A stretch of 64,000 bases of DNA from Mobula hypostoma (taxonomy: Eukaryota): assembly GCF_963921235.1 (NCBI RefSeq), contig NC_086097.1, positions 216,134,001 through 216,198,000 of the forward strand. Direction: 5' to 3'. Under the pieces are notes generated by a model. That model did no database searches. It saw only the letters and a program-made list of their open reading frames with translations, and was not told the DNA's origin. Below, piece after piece: positions 12,536 through 24,905 of this stretch. Each line of letters opens with the position of its first letter. The first letter of the stretch is position 1. The position numbers were made by a program, and so were the translations under genes.

Positions 12536-14070
12536 TTACATTACTTCCCTTTAGGCCCCTTTCCTTATCTTTCCATATTACAATATGGTTTTACTTCCAT
12601 TTTCCCTAGTTTTAATGAAGAGTAACTCCAGTTCTCTCTCCACAGATACTCCCTGGCCTGCTGAGTATTCCCAGCATTCACTGCTGTAAGGTCAAATTGT
12701 TGATGGAATCATCCATTATAAAACCATGGTCAACAAGGCCTTCCTCTATTAATAATTTTCCGCTCTGAAGACGATATATCAACAGTTGCTGATTTCATCC
12801 TCTAATAACTGCATTCTCTAAAAGACCATGAGTTGAATAGTGAAAAAGAACCTTTCCAGAGACAGTAAGAGGAATTTCAACTAATAGTTGAGAAAGCAGT
12901 CTGTCCAAAGCCCAAGTTCTTCTGAGGTGTCATTGTAATATTGGTGGGTACGGGGTGGGGCAGGACAAACTAATTTGTATTGGTCTATATATTATTACCA
13001 TCCCACAGATGAACCATAACCAAAATTGCCACGATAGTGGCAGGAAGCACTGCTGGGCCTTTATTCCTGAACACATCACAACCAAGACAAGATAAATATT
13101 CTATGCTGGTCCAAGGTTTTAGATTAAGTTTGTACATTTAAAGAAATGACCAAGTTAAGAGCCCATGGTATTACAGGAAAGTTACTAACATGGTTAGAGC
13201 ATTGGCAGCCAGTGGAAATAAAAGGATGCTTTTCTGGTTGGCTGCCAGTGACTAGTGGTGTTCTGCTGGGGTCGCTGTTTGGACCACTCCTTTTTATGCT
13301 GTGTATCAATGACTTAGATGATGGAGTAGATGCCTTTGTTGCCAAGTTTGCAGATGATACGAAAATTGGTGGAGGGACAAGTAGTGTTGAGGAACCAGGT
13401 AGGATGCAGGGCAGGTAGTGTTGAGGAAACAGGTAGGATGCTGAAGGACTTAGACAGATTAGGAGAATGGGCAAGAAAATGGCAAACGAAATACAATGTT
13501 GAAAAATGCATGGTCATGCACTTTGGTAGTAGAAATAAATGTGAAAAATATTTTCTAAACGGGGAGTATATCCAAAAATTTGGGACATAAAGGAACTTGG
13601 GAGGCCTTGTGCAGAACACCCTAAAGGTTAACTTGCAGGCTGAGTCGGTGGTGAGGAAGGCAAATGCCATGTTAGCATTCATTTCAAGAGGTCTAGAATT
13701 TCAAGAGCAAGGATGTAATGCTGAGGCTTTATAAGGCATTGGTGAGGCCTCACCCTGAGTATTGTGAACAGTTTTGAGCCCTTCATCTTAGAAAAGATGT
13801 GTTGGCATTGGAGAGGGTCTAGAGGAGGTTCACAAGTATGATTCCAGGAATGAAAGGGTTATCAGACGAGGAACGTTTGATGGCTTTGAGTCTGTACTCA
13901 CTGGAATTCAGAAGGATGAGGGAAGATCTAATTGAAACCTTTCAAATGTTGAAAGGCCTAGACAGAGTAGATGTAGAAAGGATGTTTCCCATGGTGGGAG
14001 AGTGTAGGACAAGAGGGCACAGCCGCAGGAGAGAGGGGTGCCTTTTCAAAACAGAGATGCAGAGAAATTT

Positions 14071-14336
14071 TAACGCAAACAACAGGAATTCTGCAGATGC
14101 TGGAAATTCAAGCAACACACATCAAAGTTGCTGGTGAACGCAGCAGGCCAGGCAGCATCTGTAGGAAGAGGTGCAGTCGACGTTTCAGGCCGAGACCCTT
14201 CGTCAGGACTAACTGAAGGAAGACTCTTCCTTCAGTTAGTCCTGACGAAGGGTCTCGGCCTGAAACGTCGACTGCACCTCTTCCTACAGATGCTGCCTGG
14301 CCTGCTGCGTTCACCAGCAACTTTGATGTGTGTTGC
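14071..14336. mobile_element. PLE-derived foldback insertion (perfect 112-bp inverted arms)
   Basis: Arms 14112-14223 and 14225-14336 are exact reverse complements. TSD tgcagagaaattt at 14058-14070 and 14334-14346 (3-nt overlap with the arm). Confidence 0.9.
14238..14273 (+). ncRNA. Putative minimal hammerhead ribozyme, intact core (mirror copy on minus strand at 14175-14210)
   Basis: agtc / CTGACGA (14242-14248) / agg-gtctcgg-cct / GAAAC (14262-14266) / GTC (14267-14269, predicted cleavage after C) / gact. Confidence 0.7.
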
Positions 14337-14834
14337 AGAGAAATTTCTTTAGCCAAAGGATGGTGAATTTGTGAAATTTGTTGCCACATGCAGCTGTGGA
14401 GGTCAGGTCGTTGGGTGTATTTAAGGCAGAGATTGATAGGTTCTTGATTGGACATGGCATCAAACATAACAGGGAGAAGGCCGGGAACTGGGTCGAGAAG
14501 GAGAAAAAAAAAGGATCAGCCAAGACTGAATGGCAGAGCAGACTTGATGGGCCAGATGGCCTAATTCTGCTCCTACGTCTATTGGTCTTATGGACAGCTT
14601 CAGGCAGGAGAGTTCCTCCAACATTTTGCATGTATTGCTTTGAATTTCCAGCATCTGCCAACTTTCTTGGGTTTGAGGTGGCAGTGGTGCCTGAGATTTG
14701 TAATTCAGTTAGGAAACAAATTAATCTCAGCATCAATTTCGACCGACTTCCATCCCATCCATAAACAAGCCTGATTTATGTCAGACAGAGGAATTTATAG
14801 TTACTCCCATTATGTACGTCATAACTAGTCCACT

Positions 14835-15395
14835 AAAAGTAATACTTGCATAGACTTAGCACCTTTTACATGTTAATGATCTGGATGACAGGACCGATGC
14901 CTTTTGGGGAAGTTTGCAGACAATACAAAGATAGGAGGAGGGGGCAGGTATTGCTGAGGAATCAGTGAGTTTGCATAAGGATTGAGACAGGTTATGAAAA
15001 TGGGCAAAGAAGTGGCAGATGGAATGTAGTGAAGGACAGCCATGCACTTTGGTAGAAGAAATAAAGCCATAGACTATTTTCTAAATGGGGGAGCGAATTT
15101 AGAAATCAGAAGTGGAAAGGGACTTGAGAGTCCTAATGTAGGATATCCTAAAGGTTAACTTGCAGGTTGAGTTGATTGTAAGGATGGTTAGTACAATATT
15201 AGCATTCATTTCAAGAGGACTAGAATATAAAAGCAAGGATGTAATTGAGACACTTTATAAGGCATTGGTCAGACCACATATGGAGTATTGCGAGCAGTTT
15301 TGGTCTCCGTATCTAAGAAAGGATGTGCTGGCATTGGAGAGAGTCCAGAGGAGGTTTATGAGAGTCATCCTGGGAATAAAAGGGTTAATGTATAA
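14835..15395 (+). mobile_element. CR1 RT fragment
   Basis: aagtttgcagacaatacaaag (KFADNTK) and ORF 15160-15450 (LVRPHMEYCEQFWSPY). Confidence 0.85.
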
Positions 15396-15399
15396 GGCG

Positions 15400-17590
15400 G
15401 GAGCCCTCCATTTCTTCTATCATCTGTGTGCCTCTCAACAAGATTTTTAATGACCTGTACTCCTACCCCAGGCAGGGCATTCTATGTACTTACCACTTAC
15501 TGAGTAAAGAACTTAACTCTGACATCTCCTCTATATTTTCCTCCAATCATCTTAAAATTATGCCCCCTCAAATTAGCTATTTTTGCCCTGGGAAAAACAA
15601 ATTCCAGATATCCACATGATCTAAGCCCCTTATCATCATCTACACCTCTAACAAGTCTCCTCTCATCATCCTCCACTCCAAAGAGAGAAGCCCTAGCTTG
15701 CTCAACCTTTCCTCATAGGACATGCTCTCCAATCCAGGCAGCATCCTGTTAAATTTTCTCTGTGTCCTCTTTAGAAGTTTAAATGCAACCAACACTGTAT
15801 TCCAACTGCCACTTTTTTGCACTTTCTCCTAATTTGTTCAACTCCTTTTGCAAGCTCCCTGCTTCCTAATGAGGCAACCAGAACTGAATACAATATTCCA
15901 AGTATGGTCTAACCAGGGTTTTATAAAGCTGCAACGTTACCTCGCAGCTTCCGAATTCAGTCCCACAACTAATGAAGACCAACACATCGTACATCTTCTT
16001 AACCACCCTATCAACTTCTGAGGCAACTTTGAGGGATCTATAGACATGGATCCTAAGGTCCCTCTCTACCTCCACACTGATAAGAATCCTGTCATTAACC
16101 CTGTATTCCGTCTTCAGATTTGACCTTCCAAAGTGAATCACTTCACACTTTCCTAGGTTGAACTCCACCTGTCACTTCTCAGCCCAGCTCTGCATTCTGT
16201 CAATGTCCTATTGTAACCTACTACAGCCTTCCACACTATCCAGAACTCCACCAATCTTCATGTCATCTGCATGCTTACTAACCCACCTTTCCATTTCCTC
16301 ATCGAAGTGATTTATAAAAATCACAGAGTGAGATTATCAGAACCGTGTAGAACATCATTAGTCAACGACCTCCAGGCAGAATACACTCCATCTACAACCA
16401 CTGCCTTCTATGGGCAAGCCAATTCTGTATCCACACAGCTAAGTCTCCCTGGATCCCATGCCTCCTGACTTTCCAATTGAGCCTATCAAGTGGAACCTTA
16501 TTAAACCCTTTACTAAAATCCATATCCATCTCTACCTTCATCAAGCAACACACACAAGATGCTGGTGGAACTCAGCAGGTGAAGCAGCATCTACGGAAAA
16601 GAATAAACAGTTGACGTTTCAGGCCAAGGTTCTTCATCAGGACCTCTATCTTCATCAATGTGCTTTGTCACATCCTCAAAGAATACAATCATACTCTTGA
16701 GGCATGACCTGTCCCTGACTGTCTTCGATCAGACTACGCTTCTCCAAATGCTTGTAAATTCTTTCTCTAAGAATCTTCTCCAATAATTTGCCCACCTCTG
16801 AAGTAAGGCTCATTGGTCTGTAATTCCCAATGTTATCACTACTTCCAAAGGTATGACATTTGCCACCCTCCCATTAACTAGAACTACTCCTGTGGCCAGT
16901 GAGGATGCAAAAATCATCATCAAAGGCACAGCAATCTCAATTCCATTAGTTACCTAAGGTGTATCCCCTCCAACCCCGGGAACTGATCTATCTTGATGGT
17001 TTCCAAAAGTTCTTTCTGAATGTCAACATATTCTAGCATATCAGCAGGCTTTACACTGTCCTCACAAATGTCAAGGTGACTCTCATAGATGAAGACTGAA
17101 GCATAAGTTATTAAGGACCCCTTCCGACTCCAGGCATGTTTTCTCTTCTATCCGTAATCAGTCATACCCTAATCATCCTGTCCTTTACATATGTGTAGAA
17201 CGCCTTGGGATTTCCTAAATCCTACCCACCAAGGCCTCATGGCCACTTCTAGCTCTCCGAAGTGTATTCCTAAGTCATGCATCCTCCTGGCTACCTTTCA
17301 ACTTTCAGAGTCCTGGCTAATCCTTGCTTCCTAGATCTTAAGTAAGCTTCCTTTTTCCTCTTCACAAGATACTCTACATCTCTTGTCAATCATGGTTACT
17401 TCACCCTACCATCACTTCCCTGCTTCAATGGGACAAACATATCTGGAATCTCAGGCAAGTGGTCCTTAAACAATGCCTACATTTCCAATGAGCATTTCCC
17501 TGAGTACATATGTTCCCAGTTTATGCTCTCAAGTTTCTGCCTAATATCACTGTAATATTTTCCTATGGTGTCTGCTCCTATCCCAGTCTA
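15400..17590 (-). mobile_element. Decayed CR1 ORF2 fragment(s)
   Basis: ORFs 15640-15822 and 15866-16168 (KCEVIHFG...LVRPYLEYCIQFW). Decayed RT/tether DNA continues to ~17590. Confidence 0.85.
16545..16643 (-). mobile_element. PLE terminal mini-insertion with ~15-bp TSD and hammerhead-like core
   Basis: TSD ctcta(c/t)cttcatcaa at 16530-16544 and 16644-16658. The minus strand starts gtc-CTGATGA-agaaccttggcct-GAAAC-GTC-aactg. Confidence 0.8.
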
Positions 17591-18060
17591 AGGATATAAT
17601 CACAGCCTCTGAAGGAAGAGTAGCACCAGCGGGTTTTGCAGACCCAGGCAATTTCTTCCAGTTCATTCACAGAACAGCTTATTTCTCTTCTCTTGTGTCT
17701 TTCATTATCTCCTTGCTTTTATATTCTATCTTCCTTGAAATAAGTGTCCACATTGCATTTCCCTTCTTCACCACAGACTCAAGATGTAAATTAACCTTCT
17801 GGGAGTCTTGCACGAGGACTCCAAAGTCCCTCTGCACCTCCAATGTTTGAACCTTCTCCCCATTTAGATAATAGTCTCCACTATTGTTCCTTTTACCAAA
17901 ATGCATTATCATACAATTCCCAACACTGTATTCCATCTGCCACTTTTTTGCCCATTCTTCCAATTTAGAGGTCCTGTTGCAATCCTCAGCACTACCTATC
18001 CCTCCACTTACCTTCATATCATCCGCAAACTTTGCCACAAAGCCATCAATTCCATTATCT

Positions 18061-19179
18061 ACGTAAACACGAGGAATTCTGCAGATGCTGGAAATTCAAA
18101 CAACACACATCAAAGTTGCTGGTGAACGCAGCAGGCCAGGCAGCATCGCTAGGAAGAGGTACAGTCGACGTTTCAGGCCGAAACCCTTGGTCAGGACTAA
18201 CTGAAGGAAGAACCTCCGGGTCCAACATATTATTCTCCGTAACTTCCGCCACCTCCAATGGGGTACACCCACTAAGCAATCTTTCCCTCCCCCTCTCTCT
18301 GCATTCCGCAGGGATCGCTCCCTACACAACTCCCTTGTCCATTCGTCCCCCCCATCCCTCCCCACTGATCTCCCTCCTGGCACTTATCTTTGTAAGCGGA
18401 ACAAGTGCTACACATGCCCTTACACTTCCTCCCTTACCACCATTCGGGGCTCCAGACAGTCCTTCCAGGTGAGGCGACACTTCCCCTGTGAGTCGGCTGG
18501 GGTGATATACTGCGTCCGGTGCTCCCGATGTGGCCTTCTATATATATTGGTGAGACCCGACGCAGACTGGGAGATCGTTTTGCTGAACACCTATGCTCTG
18601 TCCACCAGAGAAAGCAGGATCTCCCAGTGGCCACACATTTTAATTCCACATCTCATTCCCATTCTGATATGTCTATCCACGGCCTCCTCTACTGTAAAGA
18701 TGAAGCCACACTCAGGTTGGAGGAAGAACACCTTATATTCTGTCTGGGTAGCCTCCAACCTGATGGCATGAACATTGACTTCTCTAACTTCCACTAATGC
18801 CCCACCTCCCCCTCGTACCCCATCTGTTATTTATTTATATACACACATTCTTTCTCTCTCTCTCCTTTTTCTCCCTCTGTCCCTCTGACTATACCCCTTG
18901 CCCATCCTTTGGGTTTTTTTCTCCCCCTCTCCCTTTTCCTTCTCCCTGGGCCTCCTGTCCCATGATCCTCTCATATCCCTTTTGCCAATCACCTGTCCAG
19001 CTCTTGGCTCCATCCCTCCCCCTCCTGTCTTCTCCTATCATTTTGGATCTCCCCCTCCCCCTCCCACTTTCAAATCTCTTACTAACTCTTCCTTCAGTTA
19101 GTTCTGACGAACGGTCTCAGCCCAAAACGTCGACTGTACCTCTCCCTAGAGATGCTGCCTGGCTTGCTGCGTTCACCAG
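18061..19179 (+). mobile_element. 5'-truncated Penelope-like element (GIY-YIG endonuclease) with an inverted terminal copy at its 5' end
   Basis: 13-bp TSD aattccattatct at 18048-18060 and 19180-19192. Segment 18062-18211 is the antisense copy of the element's own 3' end. The sense body runs 18212-19179. Confidence 0.9.
18385..18797 (+). pseudogene. PLE Cys-rich linker + GIY-YIG endonuclease, frameshifted
   Basis: CKRNKCYTCP, then GVIYCVRCSRCGLLYI (ORF 18469) / YIGETRRRLGDRFAEH...HFN...RLEEEHLIF.LGSLQPDGMN (ORF 18519). The frameshift falls in the tatata run at ~18540. Confidence 0.85.
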
Positions 19180-21304
19180 AATTCCATTATCTAAATCATT
19201 GACAAACAATGTGAAAAGTAGCGGTCCAAATACTGGCCCCTGAGGAACACCACTAGTCACTGGCAGCCAAACAATAAAGGCCCCTTTTATTCCCACTCGC
19301 TGCCTCTTGCCCATCGCCATTCCTCTATCCATGCTAGTATTTTTCCTGTAATGCCATAGGATTTTATCTTGTTAAGCTTTCTAAAAATCCAATTAAATGA
19401 CATCCACTGCCTCTCCTTTGTCCACCCTGCTGGTTACCTCTTCAAAGAACTCTAACACATTTGTCAGGCCAGATTTCCCTCTGTGGGAACCATGCTGACT
19501 TTGACTTATTTTATCATTAGTCTCCAAGTACCTTTAAACCTCATCCATAATACTGTAATAGACTCCAATACTTACCCAACCACTGAGGTAAGGCTAACTG
19601 GCCTATAATTTCCTTTCTTTTGCTTTCCTCCCTTCTTAAAGAGTGGAGTGACATTTGTAATCTTTCAATCCTCTGGGAACATACGGAATCAAAGGATTCT
19701 TGAATGATCGTGACCAATACATCTGTTTTCTCTTCAACAACTTCTCTCAGGTCTCTGAGATGTGGTGCATCAGGTCTAGATGACTTATCCACCTTTAACA
19801 GCTTTGAGCTTGCCTGGCATTTTTCTCTTTGTAATAGCAATGGCACTCACTCCTGCTCCCTGACCCTCATGGACCTCTGGCACACTGCTAGTATCTTCTA
19901 CAGTGAAGACAGATGCAAAGTAGCCATTAAGTTCACCTGCCATTTCTTTGTCCCCTGTTACCACCTCACCAGCATCATTTTCCAGTGGTCCAATATCAAC
20001 CCTTACCTCCTTTTTACTATTTATATAGCTGAAAAAATTTTTGGTATCCTGCTTCATATTATTGGCTAGTTTTCCCTCATATTTCATTTTTCCCTTCTTA
20101 TACCTTTTTTCAGTTGCGTTTGTTTGATTTTGAAGCTTCCCAATCATATGACTTTCCACTCACTTTTGCTACCTTATATGCCCTTCCCTTGGCTCTTATG
20201 CAGTCCTTAACTCCTTTGTCAGCTACTGTTGCCTACTCCTGCCATTTGAGAACTTCTTCCTCTGTGGGACATATCTGTCCTGTGCCTTGTGAACCCATCT
20301 CTCTTGTACAGGTCCCACCTGCACCAGAAGAGGTCTTAATTATCCAGAAATCTGAATCCCTGCCCCCTGCTCTAATTCTTCAGCCATGCATTTATCTGCC
20401 ACCTTATTCTATTCCTATCCTCACAGTCGTGTAGCACAGGCAGCAATCCCGAGATTACTACCCTTAAGGTCCTGTTTCTCAGCTTCTTTCCTAACTCCCT
20501 GTATTCTGTTTTCAGGACTTCGTCCCTTTTTTCCCTATGTCATTGGTAGCAAAATATACCACGACTTTTGGCTCCTCACCCTCCCTTTTCAGGATATTGT
20601 GGATGCATCCAGAAAGCACTCAGACCCTGGCACCTGGGAGGCAAACTGCCATCAGTGTTTCCTTTTCGCATCCACAGAATTGCCTATCTGTTCCCCTGAG
20701 TACAGAGTCCCCTATTATCACTGCCATCCTATTCAGTTCCCTACCCTTCTGAGCCACAGAGCCAGGCCTCGTGCCAGAGTCATGGCCACTGTTGCTTCCC
20801 CCAGGCTGGTTGATCCCCCCCTCCAAAGTACTCAAAATGGAGTTCTTATTGTTGAGAGGGATGGCCACAGGGGTGCTCTCCACTATCTGACATCCTCCCC
20901 TTCCCCCGCCTGACAGTCACCCATTTTTCTGTCTCCTGTAGCCTTGGTGTGACTACTTCTCTGTAGCTCCTGACTGTTACCTCTTCACTTTCCCTAACAA
21001 GCCAAAAGTCATCGAGCTACAGTTCCAGTTCCCTAACACGGTCTTTAAGGAGCTGCATCTCGATGCACCTGGCGCAAACGTGGCCATCGGGAGGCTGAGA
21101 ACCTCTTGGAAATCCCACATCTGACACCCAGAAGAGAACATTGGCTCAGTAGATATACCCCCATTCTCTCTCGAGTTAAATAAGAAGTAAGGAACGCTGG
21201 TTCTTGTTGAGTCAAAGCCTTACTACCCTGACTCAAGACTACTCCAACAATGACCTCTCGGCTCGGCAGTACCTCTCTTTTATAGAGACTGGGTTTTTAA
21301 AAGC

Positions 21305-21908
21305 TCTTTGTCAGACCTGCTCAGGAACACTCGTGTTGTGTCTGAGCAGTACTCCAATCAACGGCTCCTGTCAAAAAGCTTGCTGCTTTTTCAAGCTCTT
21401 TGTTGGACCCGTGAGGGAACACTCCTGTTACGTCTGTGCAGTACTCGGAGCGTGAGATCCTGTCAGTCCTCAAGACACTGTAACATCGGAACAGTGAGTT
21501 TCTGGTCTGCACTCCTGTAGGTACAAGAGTGCCCTCTCTCTCCATACTGGGATACAAAAGTGCTGGTTTACGGACTTTGGTTTGATGGACTCCGGATCAA
21601 TAGACTCCTGGGGCTTCGGATGTTGCTTGCATGGTGGGGAGGTGGGGGTGGGGGGGACGTTGGTGCTTCTGCTGGTGTGGGTGAGGTGGGGGTGGGGGGG
21701 ACGTCGGTGCTTCTGCTGGTGTGGGTGAGGTGGGGGGGGTTGAAGCTTTTGATGCTGTTTGTGCAAGGAAGGGGGATGGGCGATTCAATGTTCTATCATT
21801 CTAAGTGGTTTCCTTGTTTTCGTGGATGTCTGTGAAGAGGACGAATTTCAGGTTATGTACAGGATACATGCTCTCTGATATAAAATGTACTTTGAAACTT
21901 TGAAACTT
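21305..21908 (+). mobile_element. SINE-like non-autonomous retroelement with internal G-rich tandem duplication
   Basis: Ends in a (ctttgaaa)n tail after a LINE-like 3' UTR. A ~45-bp G-rich unit is repeated at 21635-21740. Confidence 0.5.
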
Positions 21909-21914
21909 AAAAGT

Positions 21915-22885
21915 TCATTCATCAGAAGATTTGATACTTAACCTGGTTCGTTACCTAGCATCAATCCAGTATGGCTTCTCCTCTAGTCAGCCTATCTACA
22001 TATTGTGTCAGAAATCCTTCCTGGGCACACTTATCAAATTCTGATCCATCTAAACGTTTGCACTAAGTAGGTGTTAATTAACATTGGGGAAGCTGAAGTC
22101 ACCCAAAAATGTTACTTTCGCACATTTCCAAAATCTGCCTCTTGATCCACCTGTTGCTATTATATAGAACATTGGATAAACAAGTAGAGTGATTGCTCCC
22201 TTCCTGTTTCTGACTTCCACCTACACTGACTCAGCAAATAATCCCTCCCCAGATTCCTCCCCTTTTGCTGCTGTCCATCTATTTCTGTCTGATACTATCT
22301 CTGATTAGCAATGCCACTCCCCCACCTTTTTTATATCCCGCCCTGTCGTTTTTGAAACATCTAAACCCCAGAATATTCAGCAGCCAATCCTGCCCTTGTG
22401 AGAGCCAAGTTTCTGTAATGGCCACACCATTGTAGTTCCATGTACGGACACATGCTCTAGGTTGGACACACTTTAACCCATCTCTCTGACTGTAATTTTG
22501 CCCTGTCAATCATCTATCCTTCCTTACAGTCTCTGTATACACTTCAACTAGCTAGACACCAACTGCCCCATCCTCTGGTTCACATACCCCTGCCAAACTA
22601 GTTTAAACCTACCCCAACAGCTCTAGCAAACCTTCCCACAAGGATATTTCTCCCCCTCAGGTTCAGGTGAAACCCTTCCTTTTTGTACAGGTCATACCAT
22701 CCCCAGAAGAGATTCCAATGATCCATATATTTGAAACCCTGCACCCTGCACTACGATTTCTGCCACGCAGTGATCTGTCAAATCATCAAATTCTTACCCT
22801 CACTGGACCATGGCATGGACAGCAACCCAGAGATCATTACCCTTAAGTTTCTACTTTTCAGCTTCCTCCATAGGTCCCTATATTC
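21915..22885 (-). mobile_element. Decayed CR1 5' part (esterase end + APE endonuclease start)
   Basis: ORF 22279-22509 (VAITETWL...GGGVALLIRD). Esterase-type DNA at 22600-22880. Confidence 0.8.
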
Positions 22886-22899
22886 TACACCCTAACTTC

Positions 22900-23845
22900 C
22901 CATATAATGGGGCGTCTCATTGAAACCCACCGAATATTGAAAGGCCTATATACAGTGAGTGTGTAGAGGATGTTTCCAATAAAGGGAGAGCTTAGAACCA
23001 GAGGGCACAACCTCAGAATAGAAAGACATTCCTTTCATTCCTTTAGAACAGAGATGAAGAATTTCTCCATCCAGAGGGTGATCAATCTGTCGAATCGGAA
23101 ACAGCTGTGCAGGCCGAATCATTGCATATATTGAAAGTGGAGATTGATAGGCTCTTGATTAATAAGGGCATTGAAGGTTACAGGGATTGTTCCCTCAAAG
23201 CTGTGCAGTGCGTGGCCGCACTGTAACTGAAATACTCCCGTGCACATAGACTTTGTTGCCGTGGAGCTGGAATTTTCTTTTATATAATGTTAATATAATT
23301 TTGAAATTATGCTCATATAACTTTGAAATCTATGCTAATATCATTGTGAAATACCCTATAATTAATTTTGTGTTAATGAACATCATCCATACATTTTCTA
23401 AAATAATAAATGTACCACAACCTTTACTTTGAAAGCTTTTAAAACTTCAACATATTTGCATTGTCAGTGGTTCAAGTTACAACACTGTTACTAATTGTAA
23501 CATTAAGCATAGAATTGAAGTCGGAGCTCATTGCAGTAAAACCACCGGATCTGTTGTACGCCAATGTTGTCTAGTCAAAACAGTTTACTTTTAGCCTTTT
23601 GTCTGTCAGTTTTTTTGACTGCCTGCCATGGCTTTCTTGTGTTGAGAGTTGTGGTTTGTGTTTGACATTTAAAGTGCCACATAGTTTTCAGGCCATGTAA
23701 AAATTTCCTCTCAGATTGCAGTTGGAAAAACATGTAGAGGGGGAAGGCAAGAGAATTAGGTTGAGAGGGAAAATAAATCTGCCATGATCAAATGGTGGAA
23801 TAGAGTCAATGGACCAAATGGCCTGATTTTGCTCCTACTCTCTGT
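22900..23845 (+). mobile_element. CR1 3' fragment interrupted by a MITE
   Basis: agaaccagagggcacaacctcagaata and ccagagggtgatcaatctgt. The 3' UTR resumes at ~23742. Confidence 0.8.
23186..23741. mobile_element. Probable non-autonomous DNA transposon (hAT-like MITE)
   Basis: AT-rich ~555 bp insert splitting the CR1 sequence aaggttacaggg|gaaggcaagagaat. The left end tgttccctcaaag matches a truncated right end tagaggg. No clean TSD. Confidence 0.5.
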
Positions 23846-24619
23846 TCTGTAGAACATACAACTCAGAGCATTCTACTTGCTTTACAGCCAATTATTGTAC
23901 TTTTGCACTGTAAGATTTAAACGAGGTTTTTCATATATTTCTTGGAATAGTATTTAAATGAGTTAATGATTACAGTAAATTAACTGTTGTTCTCTTTACT
24001 GGTAACTATGCAAAGCTAATCTTTGAATCACCCAAATGGAAAGCGTATTACCAACAAACCACTCAAGTTATATTCCTTTAGCAGAAAATCAGCTATTGCA
24101 GGATTAATTCTTATAACTATGCAACTTAATATTAATATGTAATTGTTGAGATGATCATTGTTACTAAAACACCAGAGGGCCAGTAATTCATTTACCAGCA
24201 TAACATGAGCAATTAAGCATTTTAAGCTCAGCAAGTCACTTAAGATCATTTTACAACTAAATGTTGAAAGCCAATATAGCAAGTGATGTAGTAATTCACT
24301 CTTTGTAAACATGGCCAACTGTTAAGCTTTATAATAAGCAGGATACTAAAAGTATATAATCACATGTTCTCAAATAATCTACTGGAAGTTTCCTTATTCT
24401 CTCTTTCACACACACATAGTACCATGTAAATGGACAAACAGGCAGAAATTATAGATTTCTAATGATTATAGAGTATAATTTTTAGAAAGGTACTTGCAGT
24501 AGGTGTATTTTTTGTGAAACTTCCATATAATATGAAACACATACACCAAACATTCTGATCAATCTCCTTCCCTCTTACAATCACTAACTACTCTGAAGAG
24601 AATGTAAAATATTAATAAT

Positions 24620-24905
24620 AGTAATTACTTGACCCCAAGTGGGAAATTCTTTTGTTACAACAGCACATTTAAAAACACACTTAGCAGTGTGCAGCCTTTA
24701 CTAATTATAAAGTACAGATAATAATATACCCAATTATAATTTACCAATATGTAATAATGTGGAATAATGCACAATAATAATGTATGAAATAGTAAAACAG
24801 GGACTATTGTACTACGATGTGTGTTCTTCTGCCACACAGATAAACTGTTGTATATGCTTATTGCATTTGCTAGGAAAGATTTTCTGTAACGATCCTTGAG
24901 ACAGG
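24620..24905 (-). mobile_element. Rex1/Babar-like extreme 3' fragment
   Basis: SCLKDRYRKSFLANAISIYNS within ORF 24655-24984, followed by a 3' UTR. Confidence 0.6.

Larger units (their letters stand above)
13140..14592 (+). mobile_element. CR1 3' half (RT to 3' UTR), degenerate, with PLE foldback insertion
   Basis: ORFs 13146-13418 (VAKFADDTKIGG) and 13838-14137. The 3' UTR ends ttggtcttatgg. A 34-bp tandem duplication lies at 13378-13445. Confidence 0.9.
17700..21230 (-). mobile_element. CR1 element with ORF1 remnant (Zn/leucine-zipper + esterase), endonuclease region deleted, interrupted by a PLE
   Basis: Minus strand: DGHVCARCIEMQLLKDRVRELEL near 21010-21090 and esterase motif IIGDSVLRG...CLPGARV (ORF 20620-20883). 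It jumps at ~20292 to the ORF2 tether (ORF 19785-20159), then RT (ORF 17679-18038). Confidence 0.85.

Noticed and set aside
13378..13445. Short direct repeats as a CRISPR-like array
   Set aside because: This is a single 34-bp tandem duplication in CR1 RT DNA in a vertebrate-type context, with no spacers or cas genes.
10956..19192. Apparent targeting of PLE insertions into CR1 elements
   Set aside because: CR1 covers a large share of the window, the TSD sequences share no clear consensus beyond AT-richness, and other copies lie outside CR1.
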